DNA from: Candidatus Zhuqueibacterota bacterium | Lineage (GTDB): Bacteria; Zhuqueibacterota; Zhuqueibacteria; Thermofontimicrobiales; Thermofontimicrobiaceae | Length of the DNA stretch: 64,000 bases | Reading direction: 5' to 3' | Assembly (NCBI GenBank): GCA_016783825.1 | Contig: JADHVV010000002.1 | Coordinates: 3,259-67,258 of the forward strand | Shown here: one piece after another, positions 1 to 8,301 of the stretch | How the letters are laid out: each line of letters opens with the position of its first letter | Numbering within the stretch: the stretch's first letter is position 1 | The notes under the pieces: generated by a model | The model's input: only the letters and a program-made list of their open reading frames with translations | Databases searched by the model: none | What the model was told of the DNA's origin: nothing | Position numbers and translations under genes: made by a program

Positions 1-164
1 CCTGCTTCATTCCACATTTTTTTATCTTGGCGTAATGTAGAAATTTATACCAAAACAGTCAAGACAATTTTGTTTCATTTTAATTTTATAATTCTATGAC
101 ACACTCCCAAAATACACATACATATCTATTGCCTAAATCGTTCAAACTTCAAACTTGAGTTTTA

Positions 165-3100
165 TTAAATCTTCTTAAATTTCCCAACCGGAATAATCCG
201 CTCGTATAAACTATCACCGCCATGGGTGTATCGCGGCGAATCCTTAAACGAATACCCTGTTTTTTCAACAAATCCATGATCACTGGAAAGATAGAAATTT
301 TCGTCTTTTTTTAATTGGGCGAGGATTGGGAACAGGAAAGATTTTAATCGTTCCATAAATTCAGCGAACACATCGGCGATGTTGCTTTTTTCCGCATGAA
401 TTTTTTCATCCAAAAAATTGATGATGTAAAAATGGGGTTCCTCGTTGTTGGTTAAAAAATGTTCCTTAAATTTCGATTTATTATATTCACGTTCCACACA
501 TTTCATGAATGGTATTTGTTCCTGCTCGAGAAATTGGTAGTATGTTTCGGTATCCGAGGGGATTAGCGACAGGCAAAAATTTTCTTCGACTAAAAAAAGT
601 CCGGCTTTCTCGCAAAGCTGGTCTATTAATAAATTATAAAAATCAGCACGCAGACCATCAATAATTATAAATTTTGCCGCTTCATTTTCCACGATCTTTT
701 TAACCTGGTATGAGATAAGATTGCGATCTTTTTCCCAGGTTGGTAACTTTACTAAAAAAGTATTCTCCAGTCTAATAAGGCGATCACGAATGGTTGTGTC
801 AAAAAAATGAGTAAAATCACCGGGCAAATACTGCTGCTGTTCATTGATACGAACCAGTTCCTTTGACAATAGAAAAAACCCGTTCTCTTCCACCGCAAAA
901 GGCAGAAATTGTGCATAAGATTCAGGGATTGCCAAAGCTGTTTTATATAACGCACTCAAGGTCAAAAAATTTTTCAGAAAAACTGATTCTTCGGATGAGT
1001 CCGTAAGCTTTTTGACCACTTCCATCTCGTCAAACGTGTTCATCTTTTTATAAACTGCAGCAATTGCCTGTTTCCGAATTTGAGGGAATCGATGCATGCT
1101 GCAAAATAATTGGATAATCAAATCGATTGGTAAATTTTCCAATTTTAAAAATTCAAACAGCAAAAGGATATTCTTCTGCGACAAGCAATCGAATAAATCC
1201 TTTTCCCTGGGTAATTGTTCGACGATGTTTTTTATCCCTTTTTCATCCAGCGAATCCTGTTTAAATCCGGGGATACTCACATTTACCTCTTTTAACAACA
1301 TGTACAAATATCCGGCGATAATTTTATCAATCGCCCTTTCGATAGTCTCGCCAGGAAATAATTTTTCGATTTCGCTTTTTACAAAAGTTGGCAATTCCAA
1401 AGATGGTTTTGATTGAACATTCTCAACAGGATTTTTAATTGAAATATAAACTTCACCCGAAGGCAGTGAGGCTTCATCCAGCCAGCCATAAAAAATCTGT
1501 TTTAGCTGGGCTGGCTGGAATTTTCGTCCATAGAGCATTTCGGTTAAATCATCTAAATTTTTATCCACAAAAATAATATCACCGGAAAGCGCTTCATTCA
1601 GTCCCGAAATTGTGTGCGGATTAATATTTTTTTCCAATTCAGTAATGGAAGGAAACGATGATAAATCCATGTTAAGAAAATATTCAAACTGATCGCTGCT
1701 TTTTACATCCCGCACCTGGTTAGCCGCTACTTTGTATTCGATGATCTTATTATGGTTTTCCTTTGATTTAATCGCGGTTAAATATTCTGTTATGCCCGAA
1801 TTGATCCGCTCCACCAGTTCATCCCTGGTATATTTTTTTTCCAAATTCCCGGTCTTTAATTGACAGGAACACACTGGTTTTGATTGCAGCTCGCGGGAAA
1901 GATCACGAAAACAGTTTACTGCCAGAATTGAATTGAAAATATTTTCAATTCGGATAAAGTCGTTTTTCACCGAGATCAATTCGATCTCCGAAAGATTTTT
2001 AAGGATTTTAAATTCGCTTGAATTTTTTAGGCTGTTAATTTCCTCATAATAATTTTTAGGATATAATTTTTCATGATATTCAGAATAAAGTTCCCGGTAA
2101 GACATTTTAAATTGTTCAAAATCAGAGAACAATGTTTCCAGTCCAAATCCTCCAAAACCGGATTCAAAAGATTGAAGTTTTTCAAGGAGTTGCTCAAAGG
2201 AGTCAGACAATCCCCTATTTTCTATTACTTGTGGAATTAATGGATGATTCGCATATTCATAAATAAAAACAATATGCTGTAAATTCGCGTTGTCGATGTC
2301 GTTAATTTTTTCAAAGGAAATCACTGCCCCTTGTAAGACAACTTCCGATTCAAAAAAATTCAGTAGCGATTCAATCCCCTTTCCTGAAGGCAGGGATCGT
2401 TTGATGTAGCTCATAACTTCTTTGAGATAGTTTAGGGACTCCAGGTAGTTTTCAAAAGTCCGGTTAGAAAAGGGCAATGTATTGCTGAACCGTTCCAGCA
2501 GTATGATTTTATTAGGTACAATATCTTCGTTTCTCTCTTTAAACTCCACCAGGTTTTCCCACACCTTTTCTTGTCCTTTTAAATGGAGTTCACTGTTTTT
2601 GATACTACCAACCAACGGCGTTAGTTTGAAATATTCTTTCAAAAACAATTTGGAAACCTGTTCCCCCGGGGTAAACAAATCCGCGTTCTCAATGACAGTT
2701 ACCGTAACCTGGTTCTGTTTTATCGCCCTGTTTTTATAATAAACCTGGATAAATCCGGCTGCAGATAACAGGTACAACACGAAAACAAATTGCGGCTTTG
2801 TGCAGCCAAAAACTGACTTGCGATATTTATCAAATAAATGGTTGTAACCCGGATTCTCATCCTCAATCGTTTTTAGCAAGTCACGAACAAAAACAGATTG
2901 TTCAGGATGCGGTTCAATAATTATTTCAAAGCCGACAATTTTTATCAAATGTAACTTTTCCACCAAATTTTTTATCAAAGATTTCATTGATTCCGATGAC
3001 ACAGCAAAATGGCGCCCGGTTAAATTTTCATTGATGTAATTGATGACCTCGTTAATTGAAGTTAGCGGCGGCTCCGAAATAATGGGTTTAATTTTTTTAT

Positions 3101-5366
3101 GTTCTTCGTATAATTGAGAAAGTATTCTGTCAGTCAATCGTTGTTTGAGTTGATTGAAATCAATGATGATCCGGGCAACCTCTCCAAAAAGGTCTTCATT
3201 TTCATACACCAGCAGAGATGGAGAAAAAAAGGATTCAATAAGAATGTTAAACGCCTCGTCCTTAAGATCACTTATGCGCTGGCAAATCGCAGACTGCATG
3301 TCGCCCAAAAAATCCAGATTCTCGTTTTGAATATTCTGATAAGTATATTGTTCCGCATAATATTGGCTTATTAATTTGAGATTTTTCTCGCTAATAATAG
3401 TTGGCTGCCAATAAACAAAGGACTGTTTGAATCGATCAGAAAGCGCAGCAACCTGCTGCCACAAGTTTTCTGTTTTTTCTGATCCAAACACGGGGTAACC
3501 AAGAACAATAACATATTCAACATCGCCTTGATTTATTTTTTGTTCCCACGATTGAAGCATGTCCGTTGTGATTCTTTCCGGCAAAGCAAGCGTGATTAAA
3601 AATTTTCGGGGCGTCTCCTGCCAGGGACAAAAATCTACTACCTGGTTATCGTAAAAATTTTGCAGCGGCAATCGGTTATTTGTACAGCGCTGGATCAAAT
3701 GGCTGATCGCCTTTTTTTCAATATTGACAATTCGACCGAAATTTTTATTGACTTCTTCTTGAAAGCGATCTAAAACAGATTTTTCAGGGGAAATAAGATA
3801 AATATCATTATAACGTCCATCAACATCTTCTTTTTTGATGTAAGTGAAGGAACTCATTAATTTATTCAGGATGTGCCGAATGAAATTAATATTCGCCTCC
3901 TGCTCAAGCTGGGAGATGCCCTTGCCTGTTAGCTCGGCAAGTTTACCAATGGTGAGTTTTTTTAATCCCGGCGCGATTTCAGTTAAAATCAAAATCTTCA
4001 CAAGGGCATACGCCACCTGTTTTTCTTCATGAATTTCTACGCTTTCCTGTTCCTCACTCTCCTGAAAAATGAGCGGAACTTCTTTAACAAAATTTTTATA
4101 AACCTGGTCAACAAAATCGTGCGTCGCCTGGTTTTCCTGAATCTTATCAAAGAAATTATCAAACACTTTATCCGGGGTAATTAAAACATTGGCATTTTCC
4201 TCGATGTAGGGAACATGAGTTTCAGGATCGACGGCGTGTAAACTATTATAAAAGAATTCCACCATGCCCCGCGCTTTTGAGAACAGGTTGGAAATACTTT
4301 CCAGGTAGTAAACCGTTGCCGGGTGCACAGGATAAATATTGTAGAATTCTTCAAAGTTTAATTTCCAGGTTGGAAAATAATCTTTAAACTCGGAATACAC
4401 ATTGTTTATTTCCTGGCGGCTGTTCTCTTTTTTGATGGAAAGCCGTTTTTCGAGCAGCTCTTTGATATGGGTGGTGGACAAATAAATGCGGTTATTGAAA
4501 CGATCCCTGATCTTATTCAACGACAGTTCCGAAGCGCTGGATATTTCTTCGATGTCTTCCTGCATGCTCAAAACCGTCCAACAGTTCAGTGGTAAATTCC
4601 ATTCCCCGAGAAACTGTAAAAACCGGACATCTTCGCTATTAACATCAAGCTCTGATCTTGACCGCAAAAATTCAGAAACTTCATCAATGAGCAGTAAAAC
4701 CCCGCCCGGGAAATGCTGTTGTATTGATTTTTGTATGATGATATAAAAATCTTCCCGTGAAAAGACAGGTGTAAAGGATAAATTTTTATTTATCAAAAAT
4801 TCCCGTAAACAAACAGCTTGTTCGTCTGCTGATTTATTTTTATATATTTCAAAAAATTCATCAACTAAATCTTCAGATACAAACGTTTTAAAATCTTCAA
4901 TAATTTTATGGCTGATGGATGATGGAAAACCAATTCCTTTATTCAAGAGTTTTTTTCGTATCGAATCAAAGACAGCGTTTTCAAGCGAAATATCCTGGGT
5001 ATAACTCGTTAATGAAACCGGCACAGCTAAAATCTCACCGGGGAAAAAATCTTTTTCAAAAGGAGAAATTTCTGCTGAGATGGAAGTCAAATTTTTAAAC
5101 AATTTGATGTTTTCTGAAATCGCTGCCAAATAAGCCAATAAATGACTTTTCCCCGAACCATAACTGCCTTTAACAATGAATCCGGCGTTTTGTTTTTGAG
5201 CGATTTTTTTAATAATAAGAGAAATACCAAACAGCACCTCTTCCGTCAGGATGAATGTGTCATAAATTTTATCCTGCAAACTTTTCTGATCATAATTATA
5301 TAATTCATTGATTTTAATGACTGTTTCAATTTCCGGTATTTGGATCAGGTCTTTGATTTTTTTCAT
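165..5366 (-). CDS. Giant 1733-aa fusion protein: N-terminal BrxC/PglY-like P-loop ATPase, long uncharacterised middle region, C-terminal PglZ (alkaline-phosphatase superfamily) domain
   Basis: Uninterrupted 5.2-kb ORF. Walker A is GSYGSGKSH (aa 67-75, nt 5142-5168) and Walker B is LLLIDE (aa 224-229, nt 4680-4697), in the GxxGSGKSH form I recall for BrxC/PglY-type ATPases. A YPVHP motif follows the ATPase core. The last ~170 aa (nt 168-668) carry four PglZ/alkaline-phosphatase signatures: IIIDGLRAD, LIPSDTET, SSDHGF, YTHGGDSLYERIIPV. Confidence 0.85.
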   Translation of the reverse strand: MKKIKDLIQIPEIETVIKINELYNYDQKSLQDKIYDTFILTEEVLFGISLIIKKIAQKQNAGFIVKGSYGSGKSHLLAYLAAISENIKLFKNLTSISAEISPFEKDFFPGEILAVPVSLTSYTQDISLENAVFDSIRKKLLNKGIGFPSSISHKIIEDFKTFVSEDLVDEFFEIYKNKSADEQAVCLREFLINKNLSFTPVFSREDFYIIIQKSIQQHFPGGVLLLIDEVSEFLRSRSELDVNSEDVRFLQFLGEWNLPLNCWTVLSMQEDIEEISSASELSLNKIRDRFNNRIYLSTTHIKELLEKRLSIKKENSRQEINNVYSEFKDYFPTWKLNFEEFYNIYPVHPATVYYLESISNLFSKARGMVEFFYNSLHAVDPETHVPYIEENANVLITPDKVFDNFFDKIQENQATHDFVDQVYKNFVKEVPLIFQESEEQESVEIHEEKQVAYALVKILILTEIAPGLKKLTIGKLAELTGKGISQLEQEANINFIRHILNKLMSSFTYIKKEDVDGRYNDIYLISPEKSVLDRFQEEVNKNFGRIVNIEKKAISHLIQRCTNNRLPLQNFYDNQVVDFCPWQETPRKFLITLALPERITTDMLQSWEQKINQGDVEYVIVLGYPVFGSEKTENLWQQVAALSDRFKQSFVYWQPTIISEKNLKLISQYYAEQYTYQNIQNENLDFLGDMQSAICQRISDLKDEAFNILIESFFSPSLLVYENEDLFGEVARIIIDFNQLKQRLTDRILSQLYEEHKKIKPIISEPPLTSINEVINYINENLTGRHFAVSSESMKSLIKNLVEKLHLIKIVGFEIIIEPHPEQSVFVRDLLKTIEDENPGYNHLFDKYRKSVFGCTKPQFVFVLYLLSAAGFIQVYYKNRAIKQNQVTVTVIENADLFTPGEQVSKLFLKEYFKLTPLVGSIKNSELHLKGQEKVWENLVEFKERNEDIVPNKIILLERFSNTLPFSNRTFENYLESLNYLKEVMSYIKRSLPSGKGIESLLNFFESEVVLQGAVISFEKINDIDNANLQHIVFIYEYANHPLIPQVIENRGLSDSFEQLLEKLQSFESGFGGFGLETLFSDFEQFKMSYRELYSEYHEKLYPKNYYEEINSLKNSSEFKILKNLSEIELISVKNDFIRIENIFNSILAVNCFRDLSRELQSKPVCSCQLKTGNLEKKYTRDELVERINSGITEYLTAIKSKENHNKIIEYKVAANQVRDVKSSDQFEYFLNMDLSSFPSITELEKNINPHTISGLNEALSGDIIFVDKNLDDLTEMLYGRKFQPAQLKQIFYGWLDEASLPSGEVYISIKNPVENVQSKPSLELPTFVKSEIEKLFPGETIERAIDKIIAGYLYMLLKEVNVSIPGFKQDSLDEKGIKNIVEQLPREKDLFDCLSQKNILLLFEFLKLENLPIDLIIQLFCSMHRFPQIRKQAIAAVYKKMNTFDEMEVVKKLTDSSEESVFLKNFLTLSALYKTALAIPESYAQFLPFAVEENGFFLLSKELVRINEQQQYLPGDFTHFFDTTIRDRLIRLENTFLVKLPTWEKDRNLISYQVKKIVENEAAKFIIIDGLRADFYNLLIDQLCEKAGLFLVEENFCLSLIPSDTETYYQFLEQEQIPFMKCVEREYNKSKFKEHFLTNNEEPHFYIINFLDEKIHAEKSNIADVFAEFMERLKSFLFPILAQLKKDENFYLSSDHGFVEKTGYSFKDSPRYTHGGDSLYERIIPVGKFKKI

Positions 5367-5494
5367 TGTTTTATATTCGTGTTGGGATTAAATTATTTAG
5401 CTTGATTTTCCACATGTTTTATTTTTGTAAATATATTAAAAATAAGAATATTCTGCAATAGTAATTTTGAATCTTTTCATAGAAGCAATGTAAA

Positions 5495-5573
5495 AGATGC
5501 GACGCACTTACAACCGTAATAAACCTAATTTTAAAATTAAGAGTAATTGACAGGACTAAAGTGCGTCGCATCT
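5495..5573. repeat. Perfect 15-bp inverted repeat (agatgcgacgcactt / aagtgcgtcgcatct) with a 49-nt loop, in the 443-bp spacer upstream of the giant gene
   Basis: Arms at 5495-5509 and 5559-5573 are exact reverse complements. The right arm contains the actaaagtgc motif that recurs at 12.2 kb and, as a shorter core, at 42.4 kb. Confidence 0.5.
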
Positions 5574-5809
5574 CTCTTATTATAAATACAATCGAACTTT
5601 GCGAACCTGCTGTTTAACCTAATTCCTTAAATTTCAGCCTTTTGTATTTTCGAACTTCCTGTTGGGTTCGGAAAATATCGCCAAATATCATTATTAAAAT
5701 TTTCCGAATTGAGATCAGTTTATCGCATTTAATGAAAATAGCTTGTTGTTATTTTTTTCCGCGTGGTTTTTTGATCCGTGTGGGAAAGTTTGTTTTTGTT
5801 AAATTCGTA

Positions 5810-6772
5810 TTAGCTTTTCGACAATCTCTTAATCGCCCCCCAAAGTTGTTTCGCATCAGGATTTCTTTCTAACAAGTCCAAAAAATGCTCAACGACTTTT
5901 TGCTCCTGGTTGGTTTCCCGGGCGGATTTTATGACCATTGTAATGAAACTGGGAATAAGAAAATTTTTCAGTGGCATTTCAAGAAAAATGGTTAATGCCA
6001 AATCATATTTTTTCCATTTGTAATAGACATACCCCAATCGGCTTTTGTGAAATAAATTGTTTTCTTGTTTTAGAATTTCTTTGTAATATTTTTCTGCCTT
6101 GTCAAATTTATTTTCTTTCAAAAACTTTTCAGCCAATTCTTTCAACACGAACGGTTCATTTTTGGATGTTGAATATTTTATGGACTTTTCCCACTGCTGC
6201 GCTGAAATGTCTTTTAATTCGGTTTGAAATTGTTTCTTCTTGGAAATGTATTGTTGGGGCTGGTTACTATGATTTATTGCGTAGTCGATTAAATCGAGAG
6301 CTTTATCATTTTGTTTTAAAGCTTTTTTGATCAAAAATCCCAGGTAATTCAATTTAGGATTATCATATAATTTGATTATTGTCTGGTCGAAAAAATAATT
6401 TGCTTTGTCATACTGTTTTAACCGATAATACTCATTGGCAAGCCGCCAACCAACATGGGGATCTTTTTTGGTAAAATAGAGGTTGTTAAAAATCTTGAGG
6501 GCTTCTTTATTCTTTTTCATTGCCACTAACAAATCACCTTTACGACTCAAGAAAAAGAAATTTTGCGGATCCTTTTGAAGAATTTTATCTAAAACTTTTT
6601 GAGCTTTATCATAAGCGCCTTTTTTTAAATAAACATCAAACAGGGCGCCACAAACGTACTCGTCATCCGGATGTTGTGTTATTAACTCTTGCAGTAATTT
6701 TTCTGCTTCGTCATATTTTTTTAACCAACTAAGCTCTCGAATTTTCCGAAGATCTAAAAATGATTTTTTCAT
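5810..6772 (-). CDS. TPR-repeat protein (320 aa)
   Basis: At least seven repeats of the ~34-aa TPR-like pattern, e.g. KKYDEAEKLLQELI, GAYDKAQKVLDKILQKDPQN, KQYDKANYFFDQTI, NKFDKAEKYYKEILKQ, KKYDLALTIFLEM. Same strand as the giant ATPase-PglZ gene and directly upstream of it. Confidence 0.8.
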   Translation of the reverse strand: MKKSFLDLRKIRELSWLKKYDEAEKLLQELITQHPDDEYVCGALFDVYLKKGAYDKAQKVLDKILQKDPQNFFFLSRKGDLLVAMKKNKEALKIFNNLYFTKKDPHVGWRLANEYYRLKQYDKANYFFDQTIIKLYDNPKLNYLGFLIKKALKQNDKALDLIDYAINHSNQPQQYISKKKQFQTELKDISAQQWEKSIKYSTSKNEPFVLKELAEKFLKENKFDKAEKYYKEILKQENNLFHKSRLGYVYYKWKKYDLALTIFLEMPLKNFLIPSFITMVIKSARETNQEQKVVEHFLDLLERNPDAKQLWGAIKRLSKS

Positions 6773-6883
6773 TTTTATTTTATTTTTATTTTGGAAGTTA
6801 TCTGAAAAGTTACATGAAAATTAATATAACTAAAATTAGATACATTTACCCAGCTTATGAGTGCAGTTGCCACGAAATATAAC

Positions 6884-7030
6884 TCATAGTGAGTACACAG
6901 GCACAAGCACTTCTCGCTCCGTTTTTCGGCGTCCTCGAATACTCTCTTCGATCGTCTTTAGCACGTTCGCCGCATAATAGCGTGTACCGCACTGAGTACA
7001 TACTCCCGCAGATACACTTTCAATCAATAC
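6884..7030 (-). pseudogene. C-terminal fragment of a YgiT/MqsA-type zinc-finger antitoxin-like gene
   Basis: The minus-strand frame between two stops reads VLIESVSAGVCTQCGTRYYAANVLKTIEESIRGRRKTEREVLVPVYSL. The CxxCG followed by Y...ie pattern matches the second zinc knuckle and tail of YgiT-type proteins as I recall them. The N-terminal half with the first CxxC and any start codon are missing. Confidence 0.35.
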
Positions 7031-7069
7031 TCATTATTTCTTTGGCTATTGTAGATAATTATTGGACTT

Positions 7070-7363
7070 TTATCTTCTATTTAGACCATAATCAGGATGT
7101 CTGCGCTGGTGCTTAACTACTGTAACTCGTAGCGTATCGTTATCCAAAACTCTGAAATAGATGACATAAGGGAAGCGTTTCATTAACGATCTCCGAACAT
7201 TGGATTCGACTGCCATCCATCGAGTTGGCATTGATGCGATTCTCAAAATCTGCCGCTCAAATTCATTGAGAAATTCCACTCCTAATCCAGGAGAACACTC
7301 GTTATAATATTTAGTGATCTCACGTAATTCACGCTCAATTGCCGGATGATATTCAATCCTCAT
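7070..7363 (-). CDS. RelE/ParE-family type II toxin (97 aa)
   Basis: Family-typical size and motifs: YHPAIERELREI, RRSLMKRFPYVIYFRV, VVKHQRRHPDY. Overlaps the upstream antitoxin gene by 4 nt. Confidence 0.8.
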   Translation of the reverse strand: MRIEYHPAIERELREITKYYNECSPGLGVEFLNEFERQILRIASMPTRWMAVESNVRRSLMKRFPYVIYFRVLDNDTLRVTVVKHQRRHPDYGLNRR

Positions 7364-7584
7364 TCTCGCAGCCTGTCCATTAATTCTTTGTGGGATAACG
7401 GTGTCACTTCACCCCTTTCAATTTCCCCATCCCGTTGTTTTGCAAGGATTATTGCATCCTCATCAGACATTTCAGAAGAAAGAATATATGGATCATCAAG
7501 GCTTTCCCATATTGTCTCGGCAAGAATTGCTCTATCGCGCGAACTAAGTCGCAAAGCTTCACTGGCTATCTGATCAATACTCAT
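7360..7584 (-). CDS. Addiction-module antitoxin component (74 aa), partner of the ParE/RelE toxin
   Basis: LSSRDRAILAETIWESLDD ... AKQRDGEIERGEVTPLSHKELMDRL matches the short 'putative addiction module component' family pattern. Translationally coupled (4-nt overlap) to the toxin. Confidence 0.7.
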   Translation of the reverse strand: MSIDQIASEALRLSSRDRAILAETIWESLDDPYILSSEMSDEDAIILAKQRDGEIERGEVTPLSHKELMDRLRE

Positions 7585-7725
7585 AAATCATCCTACATGA
7601 ATAGTTATTATTAATGGTCTAATAAACAAATTCACCTGCGCTGGTGGTAAAATTGATTTATACTTTTTCCAGTTATTCATCTCTTTTAAATGGTTTGAAA
7701 GAGGAATCACTTTATTAATTTTCAT

Positions 7726-7977
7726 TTTTTACGTGGTTTTCAGTAAAATACTTACCTTCAGCTATTTGTCGTTCGGCTATTTGTACTTTCTGTAACAGCG
7801 CAAGTTTATCAATTATTGCCTGATATTCGACAGCGTCGATTAATACAGCGGAACTTTTCCCGTGTTGGGTTAATACTAATGGTCTTTAGTTTCTTTTATT
7901 TGCTTAACAATATTGGCAGCATTTGCCCTAAACTCTGACAAAGATTTTATATCATTTTCAAGATTGTTTTGTCTCAT
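7726..7977 (-). pseudogene. Frameshifted Phd/YefM antitoxin copy, paralog of 14983-15264
   Basis: By eye the DNA is about 90 percent identical to 15010-15264. It translates MRQNNLENDIKSLSEFRANAANIVKQIKETKDH then a stop. A 1-nt loss near 7882-7886 (aaaga here, aaaaga in the intact copy) breaks the frame. The promoter region at 7978-8100 is also duplicated, matching 15265-15400. No intact partner toxin follows. Confidence 0.75.
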
Positions 7978-8301
7978 ATTCACACCCTATCTTGTATTTC
8001 AAAAAGTACGTTTAAAATACATAATATTAATCAAAATGGCAACATAAAAATTAGGTAAGCAAAAATTTAATGTTTGATTATAGCGTTCTAAATATTTCAA
8101 TCCAACAACCCAACCTGGATAAACCAGAATAGATATTTACGCCATTGCAGCCGACACTTACGCACAGAATATCGGGAATGCCCACCGCGGCAAGCCTAAA
8201 AAAAATGAATCGCTATTTACGCTAATTAAAAATCAAAATAAATTAGCATAATTTGCAGTTAAAAAAACTTTACTTGTAACACTACAGAGCATGAAAAACA
8301 A

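Noticed and set aside
752-4746. Plus-strand ORFs of 60-106 aa inside the giant minus-strand gene (752-955 on the minus strand in another frame, 1096-1416, 2482-2739, 3114-3374, 3844-4032, 4486-4746).
   Set aside because: They are shadow ORFs of a long, motif-supported gene in AT-rich DNA. Their translations are low-complexity and have no start context or family motifs.
5642-7116. ORFs 5642-5872 (+), 5971-6330 (+), 6520-6732 (+) and 6889-7116 (+).
   Set aside because: They lie opposite or overlapping the TPR gene, or opposite the zinc-finger remnant and the ParE gene. Their composition is atypical and they have no motifs.
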